Shown one piece after another: positions 13,751-25,590 of a stretch of 64,000 nt of DNA. Within the stretch, counting starts at the first letter, position 1; each line of letters opens with the position of its first letter. The position numbers and the translations under genes were made by a program. Below the pieces are notes generated by a model. That model was not told the DNA's origin. It was given only the letters and a program-made list of their open reading frames with translations, and searched no databases. Origin of the DNA: Lama guanicoe (lineage: Eukaryota). The stretch lies in NCBI GenBank assembly GCA_013239625.1, contig MU053513.1, positions 1,538,927-1,602,926 of the forward strand. Direction: 5' to 3'.

Positions 13751-14083
13751 TAGGGATCAGCAAACAATGGTTCATAGGTCAGATCTGGCCCATCACTGTT
13801 TTCATTATAGCCGTGAGTTATGAATGGTTTTACCTTTTCAAATGGTTTGGGGACAAAAAAGAATATCTGTGACATGTGAAAGTTATATAAATTCAAATTA
13901 CAATGTCCATAAATAAGGCTTTTCTAGAAGACATCTATGTTCATCATTTCAGCATCGTATATAACTTTTTGTGCTACAAAGGCTGAGTTGAGTAGTTACA
14001 ACAGAGACTGTATGACCATAAATTAGAACAAAATCTAAACTATTTACTATCTGGCCTTTTATAGAAAATATGTACCAACTCTG
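13751..14083. mobile_element. MER58-like hAT/Charlie DNA transposon
   Basis: Terminus TAGGGATCAGCAAAC, end ACTATCTGGCCTTTTATAGAAAATATGTACCAACTCTG, and TCTTAAA on both flanks. Confidence 0.75.
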
Positions 14084-14644
14084 ATCTTAAAACTATTTCA
14101 GGAATTTATGGAGTTTGTTATAAGTATACTCTGAATTTTCTGGTTAGTTATTTATACATTTTTTCCTGGGAAATGCTAAAACCTGGGTAGTAAAATCATA
14201 TATGTTTGTCTGTTGTCTTTGATATGTGAAGGCCAGGCAGTACTAGTTAATACATTTCCCTGCCATTGACCTCATCTCCTAATTATGTGATGATTTGTTA
14301 TTATTGCTACCATGAAGGTATTAGCTATCAGTTACTAGTATTATCAAACATTTCAGATACATCATTAGTTTGTACCCAAATAATTCTGTAAAGTAAGTGC
14401 TAATATTCCCATTTGAGAGAAGGCTTAGAAAGGTTTAAGGACTTGACCAAGGTCAACAGCAAGTAAATAAGGGGCTGAACCAAGACTGAAAGTAGGTGTG
14501 ATTCTAAAGCCCATGGTCCTATGCGCCACACGGCACTGCCTTCCTAATCATGGACTCCTTCCTCCTCACCCTTGTCTAAACACGCACCACACTGTCCTCT
14601 TCCATAAATCTACTGACTTCCAGCCACTGCTAAAAGCGTATCAA

Positions 14645-14750
14645 GTACTTGCTTCAGTAGCACATACACTAAAATTGGAGCCACACAGAGAAGATTAGCA
14701 TGGCCCCCTAACAAGGATGACGTGCAAACTCTGGGAACATTCCACTTTTT
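14645..14750 (+). pseudogene. U6 snRNA retropseudogene (full length, ~80% identical to U6)
   Basis: GTACTTGCTTCAGTAGCACATACACTAAAATTGGAGCCACACAGAGAAGATTAGCATGGCCCC...CAAGGATGACGTGCAAA...TTCCACTTTTT aligns ungapped to U6, with about 22 mismatches in 106 nt by hand. ACAGAGA box at 14685-14691. Confidence 0.95.
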
Positions 14751-17003
14751 ATGCTTATCTTGGCAAAAAGCATTGGAATAGTAAGCCAGATATTAATGAA
14801 ATTGATTACTTCAAGGAGTGGGAGAAATGAGTAATGGGGACAGAGAAGGAGTGGCATCTCTGTATATATCTTTTATTATAGTTTTGACTTTTCAAACTAT
14901 TATGTATTCAGAAAATAAAATTAAATCAACATGAGAGGTAAAACTCAAAGTCAATTCAAAGAGAAATAACTGGATTCAATAGTTATTTTAAATGAGAAAT
15001 CATGGGATGGAGGGAGGAGGGGCAAGTGAGAACCTACCCCAAGTACCTCCTGAAGAGAATGCTTGGATTGTATACATGCATTTAAAGACAAAAAAAAAAA
15101 TGCATACAAATCTTGAACTCTTAATAGATTTATTTCTCCAACTATAGATACAGCAATTCTGAAACTATTTTATGTATATTGTAAAACTAAGAAAATGATT
15201 AAATATTCCAATCATTCTGAAAGTTAATACTTTAGTAGAAAAGCCAAGGAAGAACCCTGTGGGGCAGGATTAGAATTAGAGGCATAATTATGAATTCATA
15301 ATTTCTAAGATACATGTTTTCTATTAAGCGAAGCAAGTCAGACAGAGAAAGACAAATATCATATGATACCACTTATATGTGGAATCTTTTAAAAAATGAT
15401 ACAAATTTTATTTACAAACCAAAAGTAGACTGACAGACACAGAAAACAAACAATGGTTACCAAAGGAGAAAAGGTGGGGGAGGGATAAATTAGGAGTTTG
15501 CAATTAACAAATATGCATTACTATGTATAAAACAGATAAACAACAAACACCTACTATATAGCATAGGGAACTATATTCAATTTCTTGCAATAACATATAA
15601 TGAAAAAGAATCTGGAAAAGATATATATGTAGGTATATGTGTATATAACTGAATCGCTTTGCTGTACACCTGAAACTAACATTGTAAATCAACTACACTT
15701 CAATAAAAAAAACAATTTTTTTTAATTTTAAAAATAAAATACGTGTTTTCTAACACTTTCAGCGGTAATTGAAAGCACCTAGAAGCAGTGACACTCTGGT
15801 AGCAATGAACGTGTGCAACTAGCATTCAGGTATCGATTTTGAAATTACACATCCTCACTGAAAAAAACCAGAGCTCCTCGAAGAAATGGCTGATTCCAAG
15901 CCTGGGAACAAAAAGATGAAAGATGAACTTAGAACATGCCAGAAAGGAAGGAATTGCTCAATAAAGTAATGGGAGTCAGGTCAAAGAAATACAGGAGCCA
16001 GCTGAAAGGGACTCCTGCCCGCTGAATCTCAGGAAATCTGAGCATCAAAACAAATAATGGTAATGGGCCTGCTGAATAAGAAATCATGTGTTCATGTTGA
16101 TAATAGATAATATATAGGCAGAGTGTTTTATTACAATGGAATGTCTTCTAAAAATACATGGGAAATGATGGAATTAGAAATACCACCATTTTGCAACCAT
16201 TATAGTAAAAACTGAGTCACAGGCAAGACTCCTCAATAGATGCTGAATTTGTGGGGTGCAAGTAAGAGAACAGGATATTTACATAATTTCAAAGTATCTT
16301 CCCACAAATTACTAATTACAAAGGAAAATATACAAACGTTGCAGTGAGCTAAGACTGGCAGACACTACCTTACCCAAGCGACCAAAATTAACGTCACGAA
16401 TAATGAGACAAACCAAGATACCACACTTTCTGAGATAAGAAGCACATAACATCGCTTATCTAGTTTTCTTGCCAAAAATGTACAACCTGAAAAAAAAAAT
16501 GTATGGCCTGTTTCTCAACAGGAAGAGACATCAAAAAAGCCAAAAATGAGGGATATCCTCTAAAAGACTGAGGAACTGTTCCAGAAAAAAGACAACTAAA
16601 AAGACTTGATAACTAAATAATAATACTGGACTGGACTTATATCAGGAAAAACTATAAGGACAACTCATAAAACTGCCACATGGACATTAGATTAGTTTGA
16701 AAGTATTCTATCACTGTTAGGGTTCCTGAGTTTCATAGCTGTACTGTGGGTGTACTTCAGAGAATATCTTTGTTCTTAAAAACTACATTCTGAAGTGTTA
16801 AGGGATAAAGAGACATAATATATGCAATCCCTTTTCCAGTCGCTCAGGGGAAATTACACGTATGTATATGTCAGTAAGAGAATAAAGCCAATGTAGCAAA
16901 TGGTAAAAACTGGATTTTTTTGAGTAAGGGGTACTATGTGAGTTCTTTGTGTTATTACAATCTGTCAATAAGTTTGAAATTTATTCCTCTCTCAATTTTT
17001 AAA
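14751..17003 (+). mobile_element. Old L1 (L1MC3/L1MC4-like) 3' region fused to the U6 copy
   Basis: Recognisable L1MC-type 3' UTR motifs (e.g. GAAATGGCTGATTCCAAG, TTATAGTTTTGACTTTTC), an A-rich end at ~17001, and a TSD shared with the U6 copy. Confidence 0.75.
15324..15735 (+). mobile_element. Younger 5'-truncated L1 3' end nested in the U6/L1 chimera
   Basis: AAGTCAGACAGAGAAAGACAAATATCATATGAT...TGTAAATCAACTACACTTCAATAAAAAAA. TSD AAGATACATGTTTTCTA (15307-15323) / AAAATACGTGTTTTCTA (15736-15752). Confidence 0.9.
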
Positions 17004-18246
17004 AAAATCATATCAACCATGTACACAGTATGATAAGTCATTCCTCTTCAAAGTTGAACTCTTATCAGAGGTTTGGCTTAGGCTCCTCTTCCTCTTTGCC
17101 ACCATGTTCTCTGTCTCCACAGGGCCAGTGACTCGTACTCTGAAGCAGGCACATGTTTGACGGGGCATAAAAAAATAGAATCACAAGCTCTGAACATCAG
17201 AGGCTAAGATCTCAAAAAGCCATGCGTGTTTGCAAAACTTCCAAGCCCTTCCCTGCTGACATTAGAAAGGCATTGCTACACGGGCCTCATGTCCTGAGCT
17301 TCCCCTGGATAATCCCACATGACTCTCTCAACTGGCAGATTTTCCATTTGGTCACCCACTCAACCTTCAGCACAGTCATATCTTTTGCAGAGCTAAAAAT
17401 AGCCATTCTATCAAGTGGGAAGTTAAAGCACTACTTACAGTTAAGAAGATAACTGCCCTAAGGCTATTTTTTTTAATGATGACAATGCATCAGCAAATCA
17501 AGGATTTGGACAAAATAAAGCATGAAATGTGCTCTGTTGCATGAAGTTTATTGCTAATTCTTCGCTCAGGGGGTAGTATTGCCAGCTCTGGAGTCAGACC
17601 TCTTGGATTCAAATCCTGAATTTGTCCAGCTGCCTAACATTGGACAAGCCGCTTAACGTTCCTAATGCTGTTTCTACATCTGTAAAAGGAAAGGTTGATA
17701 ATAGTTCCCACCCAGAGATGAACCTCCCAGACATGCTGAACAAAAGCCAGAAACAGCAGAGGTCATAATAAATTAACTCCATTGATATGAAATTCGAGAA
17801 CAGGCAAAACCATAGTGATAAAGGTCAAAATAGTGGTTACCCTTGTGGGGGAGAGGTATTGACTGAGAAGGGGCACAAAGGAGCATTCTGGATGGTGGAA
17901 ATGAAATTTCCCTTGACCTGCGTGGCATTTACACAGATCTGTAAATATTCCAGCCATACATTAAAGATCTGTTACACCTCAACAAAAAAGTAAATAAGAA
18001 GAAAGCATGGTACCAACTACAACTGTTGTGAGCATTAAACGAGGAAGTGTATATGCAAAGGGCATAGTACATGATCAGCATTCAATAAGTCAGTGTATTG
18101 CAACTATTTATTACAGTAATAGAATTGATATTTGAGATGAACCTTTTTACCACTCCTCAGTTCTTAAAGTTTTTCATACCATTTCAAACTTCCTTCTCTT
18201 GTCTTTGCAGCTCTATATTGCTCTTTGTATTCAGATAAAAGAATTA

Positions 18247-19268
18247 CAGTTGGCCCTTGAACAATGCAGCAGTTAGGAGTGCTGACCCTCCACATAGTGG
18301 AAAATCCTCCTTAAAAAAATTCCACCTTACATGTAGTTTGGTGCAGCCATTATGAAAAACAGTATGGAGATTCCTCAAAAAACTAAAAACAGACCTACCA
18401 TATGATCCAGCAATCCAAGTTCTGGGTATATACCTGGAGGGAACTCTTAATTCAAAAACATACATGCACCCCAATGTTCATAGCAGCACTATTTACAATA
18501 GCCAAGCCATGGAAGTAACCTAAATGTCCATCGACAGATGACTGGATAAAGAAGATGTGGTATATTTATACAATGGAATACTACTCAGCCATAAATAAGA
18601 ATAAAATAATGCCATTTGCAGCAACATGGATGCGCCTGGAGAATGTCATTCCAAGTGAAGTAAGCCAGAAAGAGAAAGAAATATACCATATGATATCACT
18701 CATATGTGGAATGTAAAAAAAAAAAAAAGGACACTATGAACTTATCTACAAAACAGAACAGACTCGCAGACATAGTAAACAATCTTATGGTCACCGGGGA
18801 AAGGGGGTGGGAAGGGATAAATTTGAGAGTTTGAGATTTACAAATGTTAGCCACTATATACAAAAATAGATTTTTAAAAAGTTTCTTCTGTATAGCACAG
18901 GGAACTATGTTCAACATCTTACAGTAACCTTTAATGGAAAAGAATATGAAAACGAATATATGTATATATATGCATGACTGGGACATTATGCTGTACACCA
19001 GAAACTGACACATTGTAAATGACTATACTTCAATTTTTAAAAATTGTTTTAAATTTAATACTAATTAAGATCCCATAATAAAAAGGCAATGTCCTTAAAA
19101 ATGAAAAAAAAAAATCCCACCCTATAATCGGTTCCCCATATCTACAGTTCCACATCTGCAGATTCAACCAACCACGGATTATGTCATACTGTAGCATTTA
19201 CTATTGAAAAAGATCCACATGCAAGTGAACCCACACAGTTCAAACTCATGTTGTTCAAAGATCAACCA
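18247..19268. mobile_element. Tigger2a-like MITE interrupted by an L1
   Basis: TA|CAGTTGGCCCTTGAACAA ... TTGTTCAAAGATCAACCA|TA terminal inverted repeats with TA duplication. Confidence 0.8.
18330..19113 (+). mobile_element. L1 3' end nested in the Tigger element
   Basis: TTTGGTGCAGCCATTATGAAAAACAGTATGGAGATTCCTCAAAAAACTAAAA...3' UTR. Approximate TSD AAAAAAATTCCACCT/AAAAAAATCCCACCCT. Confidence 0.9.
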
Positions 19269-19682
19269 TATATATTTTAGAAATTTTTGAAGAGCACTTT
19301 GTTTTAAAGAAGTAAATAAGGTGGCCAAAATTATGTGCACTTGGAAATAACACTAAATCAATGGAAATCAGCATGGAAGTTACCAGACACTGATGAACTA
19401 CAGACCTACAAGAGCCCGTGAGGATGAGCAGTCACCAGGGCCAGGCTTTCCTTTTCAATAAACGCTAAATTCTAGAGGAAGTTTAAACTGAAGGGAAAAC
19501 ATTCAAGGAAAGGGTAAACAAAAGAATAATGTCTTTGAAACTTTTTTACAACTGGAACATTATCAATCCATCCATCCCTGCTGAGTTAGCTCTCTGAAGA
19601 TCATTTCAAACTTTCTTTGACCTGCTAGATTTTCTTAAATGTTACCCTCAGTTAAGTCACATAGTTATTTTTTAGGACTTAC

Positions 19683-19868
19683 CTTTATAAAAGCGTAGCC
19701 GGCACCATTATCTGTAATGGTGATACCAAGTGAATCTTCAGACTTAAACACATTCACTTCTTTTTTGATCCCTTTCACATGGGCAAATATGAAATCTTCA
19801 AGGCCTATTTGTGTTCCTAAGAGTTTATCCATGTCAACTTTAGGTGTGTTTAAAGTGCAATATAAGAT
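19683..19868 (-). CDS. GIPC2: GIPC2 coding exon 2 (186 nt; GH1 end and PDZ start)
   Basis: [62 protein letters not shown]. Polypyrimidine tract plus TTGCAG| acceptor and AAG|GTAAGT donor. Phase 0-0, in frame with exons 1 and 3. Confidence 0.97.
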
Positions 19869-22052
19869 CTGCAAGGAGAAAGAAATATTTTAGGTGAGTT
19901 TCCATCAGGAAAACACTCTGATCATCAGTTTATCTAACAAATACTTGACCAAGTGAAACAGTCCTCAATTTACGATGTAAGAGGTTACAGCACCAACATT
20001 AGGTAATATGAATGAAGTGTTTGCAACAGGCCAGGCTCTGTGCTGAGCAAAGTACCTCCATTATCATATTCAATGTTCACAATAACTTTATAAATACACT
20101 TTCTGCATATTACCGATAAGGAAATTGAGACTTAGTGATAGTAACCTGCCTAAGGTCACTAAGACAGTACTTGTCAAAGCCAAGATTCAAGTTCAGGTCT
20201 CACCAACTTCAAAGTGGTTTACACTCCTATGTTACCTGCCATTTACAGTGCTGGCTTCAAGGGTTGTGTTCCCAGAGGTAAAGTCATGATGTGTACACCA
20301 CAGTGAAAATACAGGCAGACTACTTCTGAAAACTCTTAAGTTTTTTAAATGAGGAAAGTGCATTTTTGTGCTGGAGAAAAATAATTTATTAATGAGAGGG
20401 TAAAACAAAAATGTCTAAAACATGTCTAAAATGGACCTAGTTCAGTCCCTTAGTTCTGAGCAAGGAGGAACTGAGGTCTGGAGAGGTTAATGTAACTTGG
20501 TCAGATTCACATGACAGTAGAAGCAGAATGAGAAACCGGAATGGTGGAAAGGTGTGTGGAGATTTTAAAGGGACTGCTTACATTTACCAAGTCTATGGTC
20601 CTTCAAAAACATGATTCATTTTACTAAGACCTGCAATCCTACTCTTAGGTTTGCCCACCATCATTTGGGCAATTTGTGGGGCCCAAGTACACAATGGAAA
20701 AAGAGAAGGATCGTTAAGAACATGCCATTGGTTTAAAGATTAAGTCCAAAAAATATTTATTGAGTACCTTCTACACACCAAATAAAAGACATTTAATACG
20801 GCTGTTTTATACCACAATGCTAAATGAACATTTTTAACTTCTGTTACCAATCAATGTTTGCCACAGAGATGGTGAGCCCTTCCTCCATTCCTGAGCTTGG
20901 CTTCAGCCCTCACTTCCAACCCTCCCGCTGCATCCCTGAGAGTCAGGCCAGTCCCAGTTCCCCTGGAACCCTGAGCCTGAACACATCCATGAGCCTCAGG
21001 AAGCTCAGAAACTGTGCGATCACTGTTTGATATGTGACTTTTTAAGCCCTATTAAAATATGTCTGAACTGGGACAGCTCCCCGTGTTCTATAGTTAGAGG
21101 TCCAGCAGGGTCAGCAAAGCCCCGACCAGATCCCAGAGTCGCATGAAAGGAGCGAGTGATGAGGGCAAGGAAGGGGACACAGAATCCACGCCCTTTCCTT
21201 TTTCATCCAGGTCTGCGGTGAGCTGTGCTAACTGGTGGGCCTTTAATTCAACCCTTTGTGTTCCGTGGAGGACGGAATACATTTAGCTTTATAGTTGTTA
21301 AGTTTTAGCAAATATTCTCTGGTGTTAAAATGTTATTATTCCCAGAGGGGTTGGTGGGGGAGGTTGTCATTTAAGCCAAGCATGGTTCCTATTTCTTATT
21401 CCATTTGTGAAGTCAGCGGTATAATTAGTCCACTTACAAAAATCATTACTAGTGATTGCTTAGGGGAGAGGGAGGATGCATAGAAAACAGCTTTCCAGTC
21501 TTTTTTTTCTCAAAATGATGGAAAGTATTTTCCCCTTGCTCTTTTTTTTTTCAGTGAATCTGTTACTGGTGTTCATAGTAGATCTCAACCACCACTAATA
21601 TAAAAGCAACTTAACCAAGTAGACAGGAAATAAAACATTAAAACATAATGATGATGAAACAGGGTAGGGGGAAAAAACCCAAAAAGGAAATCCCACACAA
21701 AGTAAACCTCTAGTTACTAAGCTGCTTCCTTTCTTTCAATTTTTTCACATGCTTCCCTGCAGAGCAAATATGAGATTTCCTGTAGGTATAACCTTTCCCA
21801 TTGTGCTTCCTCCCTGCAGAATAACATTTTAGCCCAGGCAACCGAAAGTTGGCAGGGAAGGCATTGGGCGTTTTTTTCCTGGAAGGAGTGGAGCCAGCTC
21901 TCTTCCCCACGGAATGGAGCTCCACAGAGGTTGTGTTGAAAACCAGCAGAAATGTAACAGTCACTGGGAGGGGAGTAAGAGCCCTCTGTAGCAGCAGGTA
22001 ACTGAACCTCCAAGACTTCAGATCAGCTCCTCAGGGGAGAATAAAAACCTAT

Positions 22053-22593
22053 ACTACTCAGCCATAAAAACCGACAACATAACGCCATTTGCAGCAACAT
22101 GGATGCTCCTGGAGAATGTCATTCTAAGCGAAGTAAGCCAGAAAGAGAGAGAAAAATACCATACGAGATCGCTGATATGTGGACTCTAAAAAAAAAAAAA
22201 AAAAACAGAAAAACAAAGCATAAATAAAAAACAGAAATAGACTCATAGACACAGAATACGAACTTGTGGTTGCCGAGGGGGCGGAGGGTGGGAAGGGATA
22301 GACGGGATTTCAAAACTGTAGACTAGATAAACAAGATTATACTGTATAGCACAGGGAAATATACACAAGCTCTTACGGTAGCTCACAGAGAAAAAAATGT
22401 GACAATGAATATATATATGTTCATGTATAACTGAAAAATTGTGTTCTACACTGGAATTTGACACAACATTGTAAAATGATTATAAATCAATAAAAAATGT
22501 TTAAAAAAAAATAAGGTGCAGTATCCTCCAACATACAACTGACTGAAACATTGTAGTAGCTAAAGAAAATAAAATACTGTCAAAATTAAAAAA
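22053..22593 (+). mobile_element. Young L1 3' end with probable 3' transduction
   Basis: L1 3' UTR retaining many CpGs. Perfect TSD AAAAACCTAT at 22043-22052 and 22594-22603. Two AATAAA/poly(A) ends. Confidence 0.9.
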
Positions 22594-23526
22594 AAAAACC
22601 TATCACCCAAATGATCTCAGTGCACACCTATCATTGTAAGTATGCGAAAGAAAGGTCTAGACACCCCAGTACTCACAGACACTGCATGTTGGAATGAAAA
22701 ATTAGAAAGTGAAACACCACGTTCTAAATGCTGCAAGTTCATGTTCACTCATCTACTCACAATTATCTATCAGACACAGGCTTTTTGCCAGGCTCCGTGC
22801 TGCGCACTGGGTGTACAAAGATGAGTATGACCAGTCCTATACACAAGGAACTCCCAGGCTGGTAGATGCTCCACTGAGGTCCAGTGGGGCAACAGGAGCC
22901 AACTGTAATGTATTAAAAGCCATAAATATTTAAACCCAAAAGGAACTTCAAATACATATCGTGAACTTGTCTACCTCCATTCATAAGTTTCCTTCAATTC
23001 AAAGTCTAAGAAGCCTGTCTGCCCACCCTGCACCCCCACCCCTGTGCTCTTGTCTGTTGAGGCTCTGCTCAAATGTGACCGCCCAGGGGGACTCACTCTT
23101 TCCACTTCACTCACATAGCTTAAATGTAGCACCTCACTCGAGTGTCTGAGTCACCTTGCCTTGAAGCCCAATTGATATAACACATATTTGTCACCCTCAC
23201 TCTTGAGACAGATGAGCTCTTAGTCATCTTTCTCCTACAATGTCTAACTCAGTGCCCTCTCAGTTAAAAACAGAATGGCATTTACAGTGCACATTCACTT
23301 ACCTCATTTATTAAAATCTATCTGTGTACCAGGCTTTATTTGCCTTATTTTGTGGATGGGAAAAGAATGACTTTATCCAATTAGCACAGCTCATAAATGC
23401 TTAATGTTAAAAGAAAGAAAAAACAAAACAAGAAGAGAAAAGAAACACTGAAGTGGTTATATAATCAATGTTCCTCTAAGAAATACTTGCTTCCAGAGGT
23501 GTACTGGTTAAAGATAAACTAGATAA

Positions 23527-23660
23527 GGGGGGAGGCTATACTCAGCAGTAGAGCACATGCTTAGCATACACGAGGGCCTGGGTTCAATCCCCAGTGCCTC
23601 CTCTGAAAAAAACAAATAAATAAACCTAATTACCTACCCCCCAAAAAAAAACTTTAAAAA
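23527..23660 (+). mobile_element. vic-1-type SINE
   Basis: GGGGGGAGGCTATACTCAGCAGTAGAGCACATGCTTAGC...GGTTCAATCCCCAG plus tail module. TSD ending ACTAGATAA on both sides. Confidence 0.9.
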
Positions 23661-23908
23661 ATATATACTAGATAAAATGCAGTACAATATAGTACTTAAG
23701 ATCGTTTTTTATACTCTCTGGTGAACAAACTAGAAGGAGGTAAACTCAAGGTACCTGATGGGAAGGGACCCACCCATGAGATATCCCTTTCTGATGTTTT
23801 TCATTGTGAAATGAAATCCTTAGCTTATCTACATTTGCTGCCTTGCCACCATCACTGCCAATTTTCATAAGACAGATGGAGTACTCATAACTATTCCACT
23901 TCCTAGAG

Positions 23909-24201
23909 CAGTACTACCCAACAGAAATGCAACACAAGCCACATCATTTTAAATTTTCTACTAATCACATTAACAAAAGATATAGCTGAAATTAATCTAG
24001 CTTATTCATATAACTCCATACATCTGACATATTTCAACATATGATCAATTATTTAAAAAAAACTGACTGAGACTTTACTTTTCTTATTAAGTTTTTACAA
24101 TCTGGTGTATATTTACCCTCACATCTTATCTCACTTCAGACTAGTCACTTAAGTTGTCAGTATCTGTGTTTGGCTAGCAGCTACCATATTGGGCAGCTCT
24201 G
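23909..24201. mobile_element. MER33/MER3-like hAT element
   Basis: CAGTACTACCCAACAGAA ... TATTGGGCAGCTCTG termini. 8-bp TSD TCCTAGAG/TTCTAGAA. Confidence 0.75.
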
Positions 24202-24601
24202 TTCTAGAATACCGTGTCTTCATCAATTTTATACTTCGGATTTTTCCCACGTCCATATATCTACACATGTCAGTCCCTTGGCCAAAAATGCCAAGGCTTA
24301 AACTCAACTTCTAAACCCAATCTCTAGCTGTCGAAAATCATCCCCATCCAAAAAAGTCTAGCTAAACCATTACGTTTCCTATTACCACCCTAAGCTAATG
24401 TTATTTCTTCATCTTCTATATACCCATTAACTTTCATACATCTCTTGCAGAGCTTGCCATGTGCTGCCTTGCAACTTTTAGTAGATAGGGATTTATCTTA
24501 TTTTGTGTCTTGTCACCGTGCTTTATTTACAGGAGTGATGGCTTAATGAAAGGAGAAAGCTGCTGCCCTTCGGGGCCAGATGGAGGGCCTTGAGTTGTTA
24601 C

Positions 24602-25590
24602 TGTGGTGGACGTCACTACCAACAGTATCCATGCCCCTTCCCTCTGAAGTTTTCTTTGGAAACGTCTCTTTCCCATATACTAGCTTGGGCAGGAGTGACT
24701 CCATTCTCAGTTCCATCAGGAATGAATCATGATTAGGTTTAAATCAGCTAGTGACTAATTCATAATCCAATAGAGGCCAGTGAGATCTAAGAAAGAATCT
24801 GTTGGGGTTTCTGGGGAAATCTTCTTTTCCACAGGAGCTCCTAGAAAGTGTCTCTCTCCCCCTCTGATGTGAAATCTAACTACTGCAGCCATCACTTCAG
24901 CATTGGAAGGCTGACCCTGGGGACAAAGCTGACACCTGGAGAAAGGCAGAGACTCTGGTTCCGGTCTCACCTAAAGATAGTCAGTCACGGATGCTGGACA
25001 TTGTCCACCATTTTCCCCTCCTAACATAATCTTCAGGTATCAGGTATCTGTACCTCCTATCTGTTTTGGAGGAAAATGATCCGCCTCCTCTGTTACAGGC
25101 ATAAGACTTAAACTAGTTGAAGTGGTGATTCAGGAGTAAGCATGTGGCCCAATCTTGGCCAACAAGATATGGGAGGAAGATGTCCAAGTAGCTTCAGGGA
25201 AATATCTTTTTTTCATTCCTAAGAAACAAACACAGTAAAAGACAATCCCTTTCTTCCCCGAATGTTGTCTTATCTGTTTATGGTCCAGGAACTTCCACCA
25301 CCATCTTACTACCGACTGAGGAAGAGATCAGTGCCAAGAAAGGCGCAGCAAAGAGTGAACCTAGGTCCTTGACATTGGTGATTCAGTCCGGAGCCCACTC
25401 TGCCTCTTTTATGTAAAATACATCATCTTGTTTTAGACAGTTGAAGTAATATTGTGCTACTTGCAGCTGAAAACCTGCCAGCCGAAACACAGTCTTATCC
25501 CAGAATATTTAGTTACATAAGCCAGTAAGTTCACCCACCCATTCTGGGTTGGACTTTCTGTTGCTTTTACCTAAAAGATTCCTAACTGGT
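24602..25590. mobile_element. Old ERVL-class LTR fragments (LTR16/LTR33-like, probably nested)
   Basis: TGTGGTGGAC start, then motifs such as TTAGTTACATAAGCCAGTAAGTTC and TTCTGTTGCTTTTACCTAAAAGATTCCTAACTG. Highly degraded. Confidence 0.5.

Noticed and set aside
14645..14750. U6 copy as a functional snRNA gene
   Set aside because: About 20% diverged, fused to L1, inside a TSD, with no evident upstream PSE/TATA.
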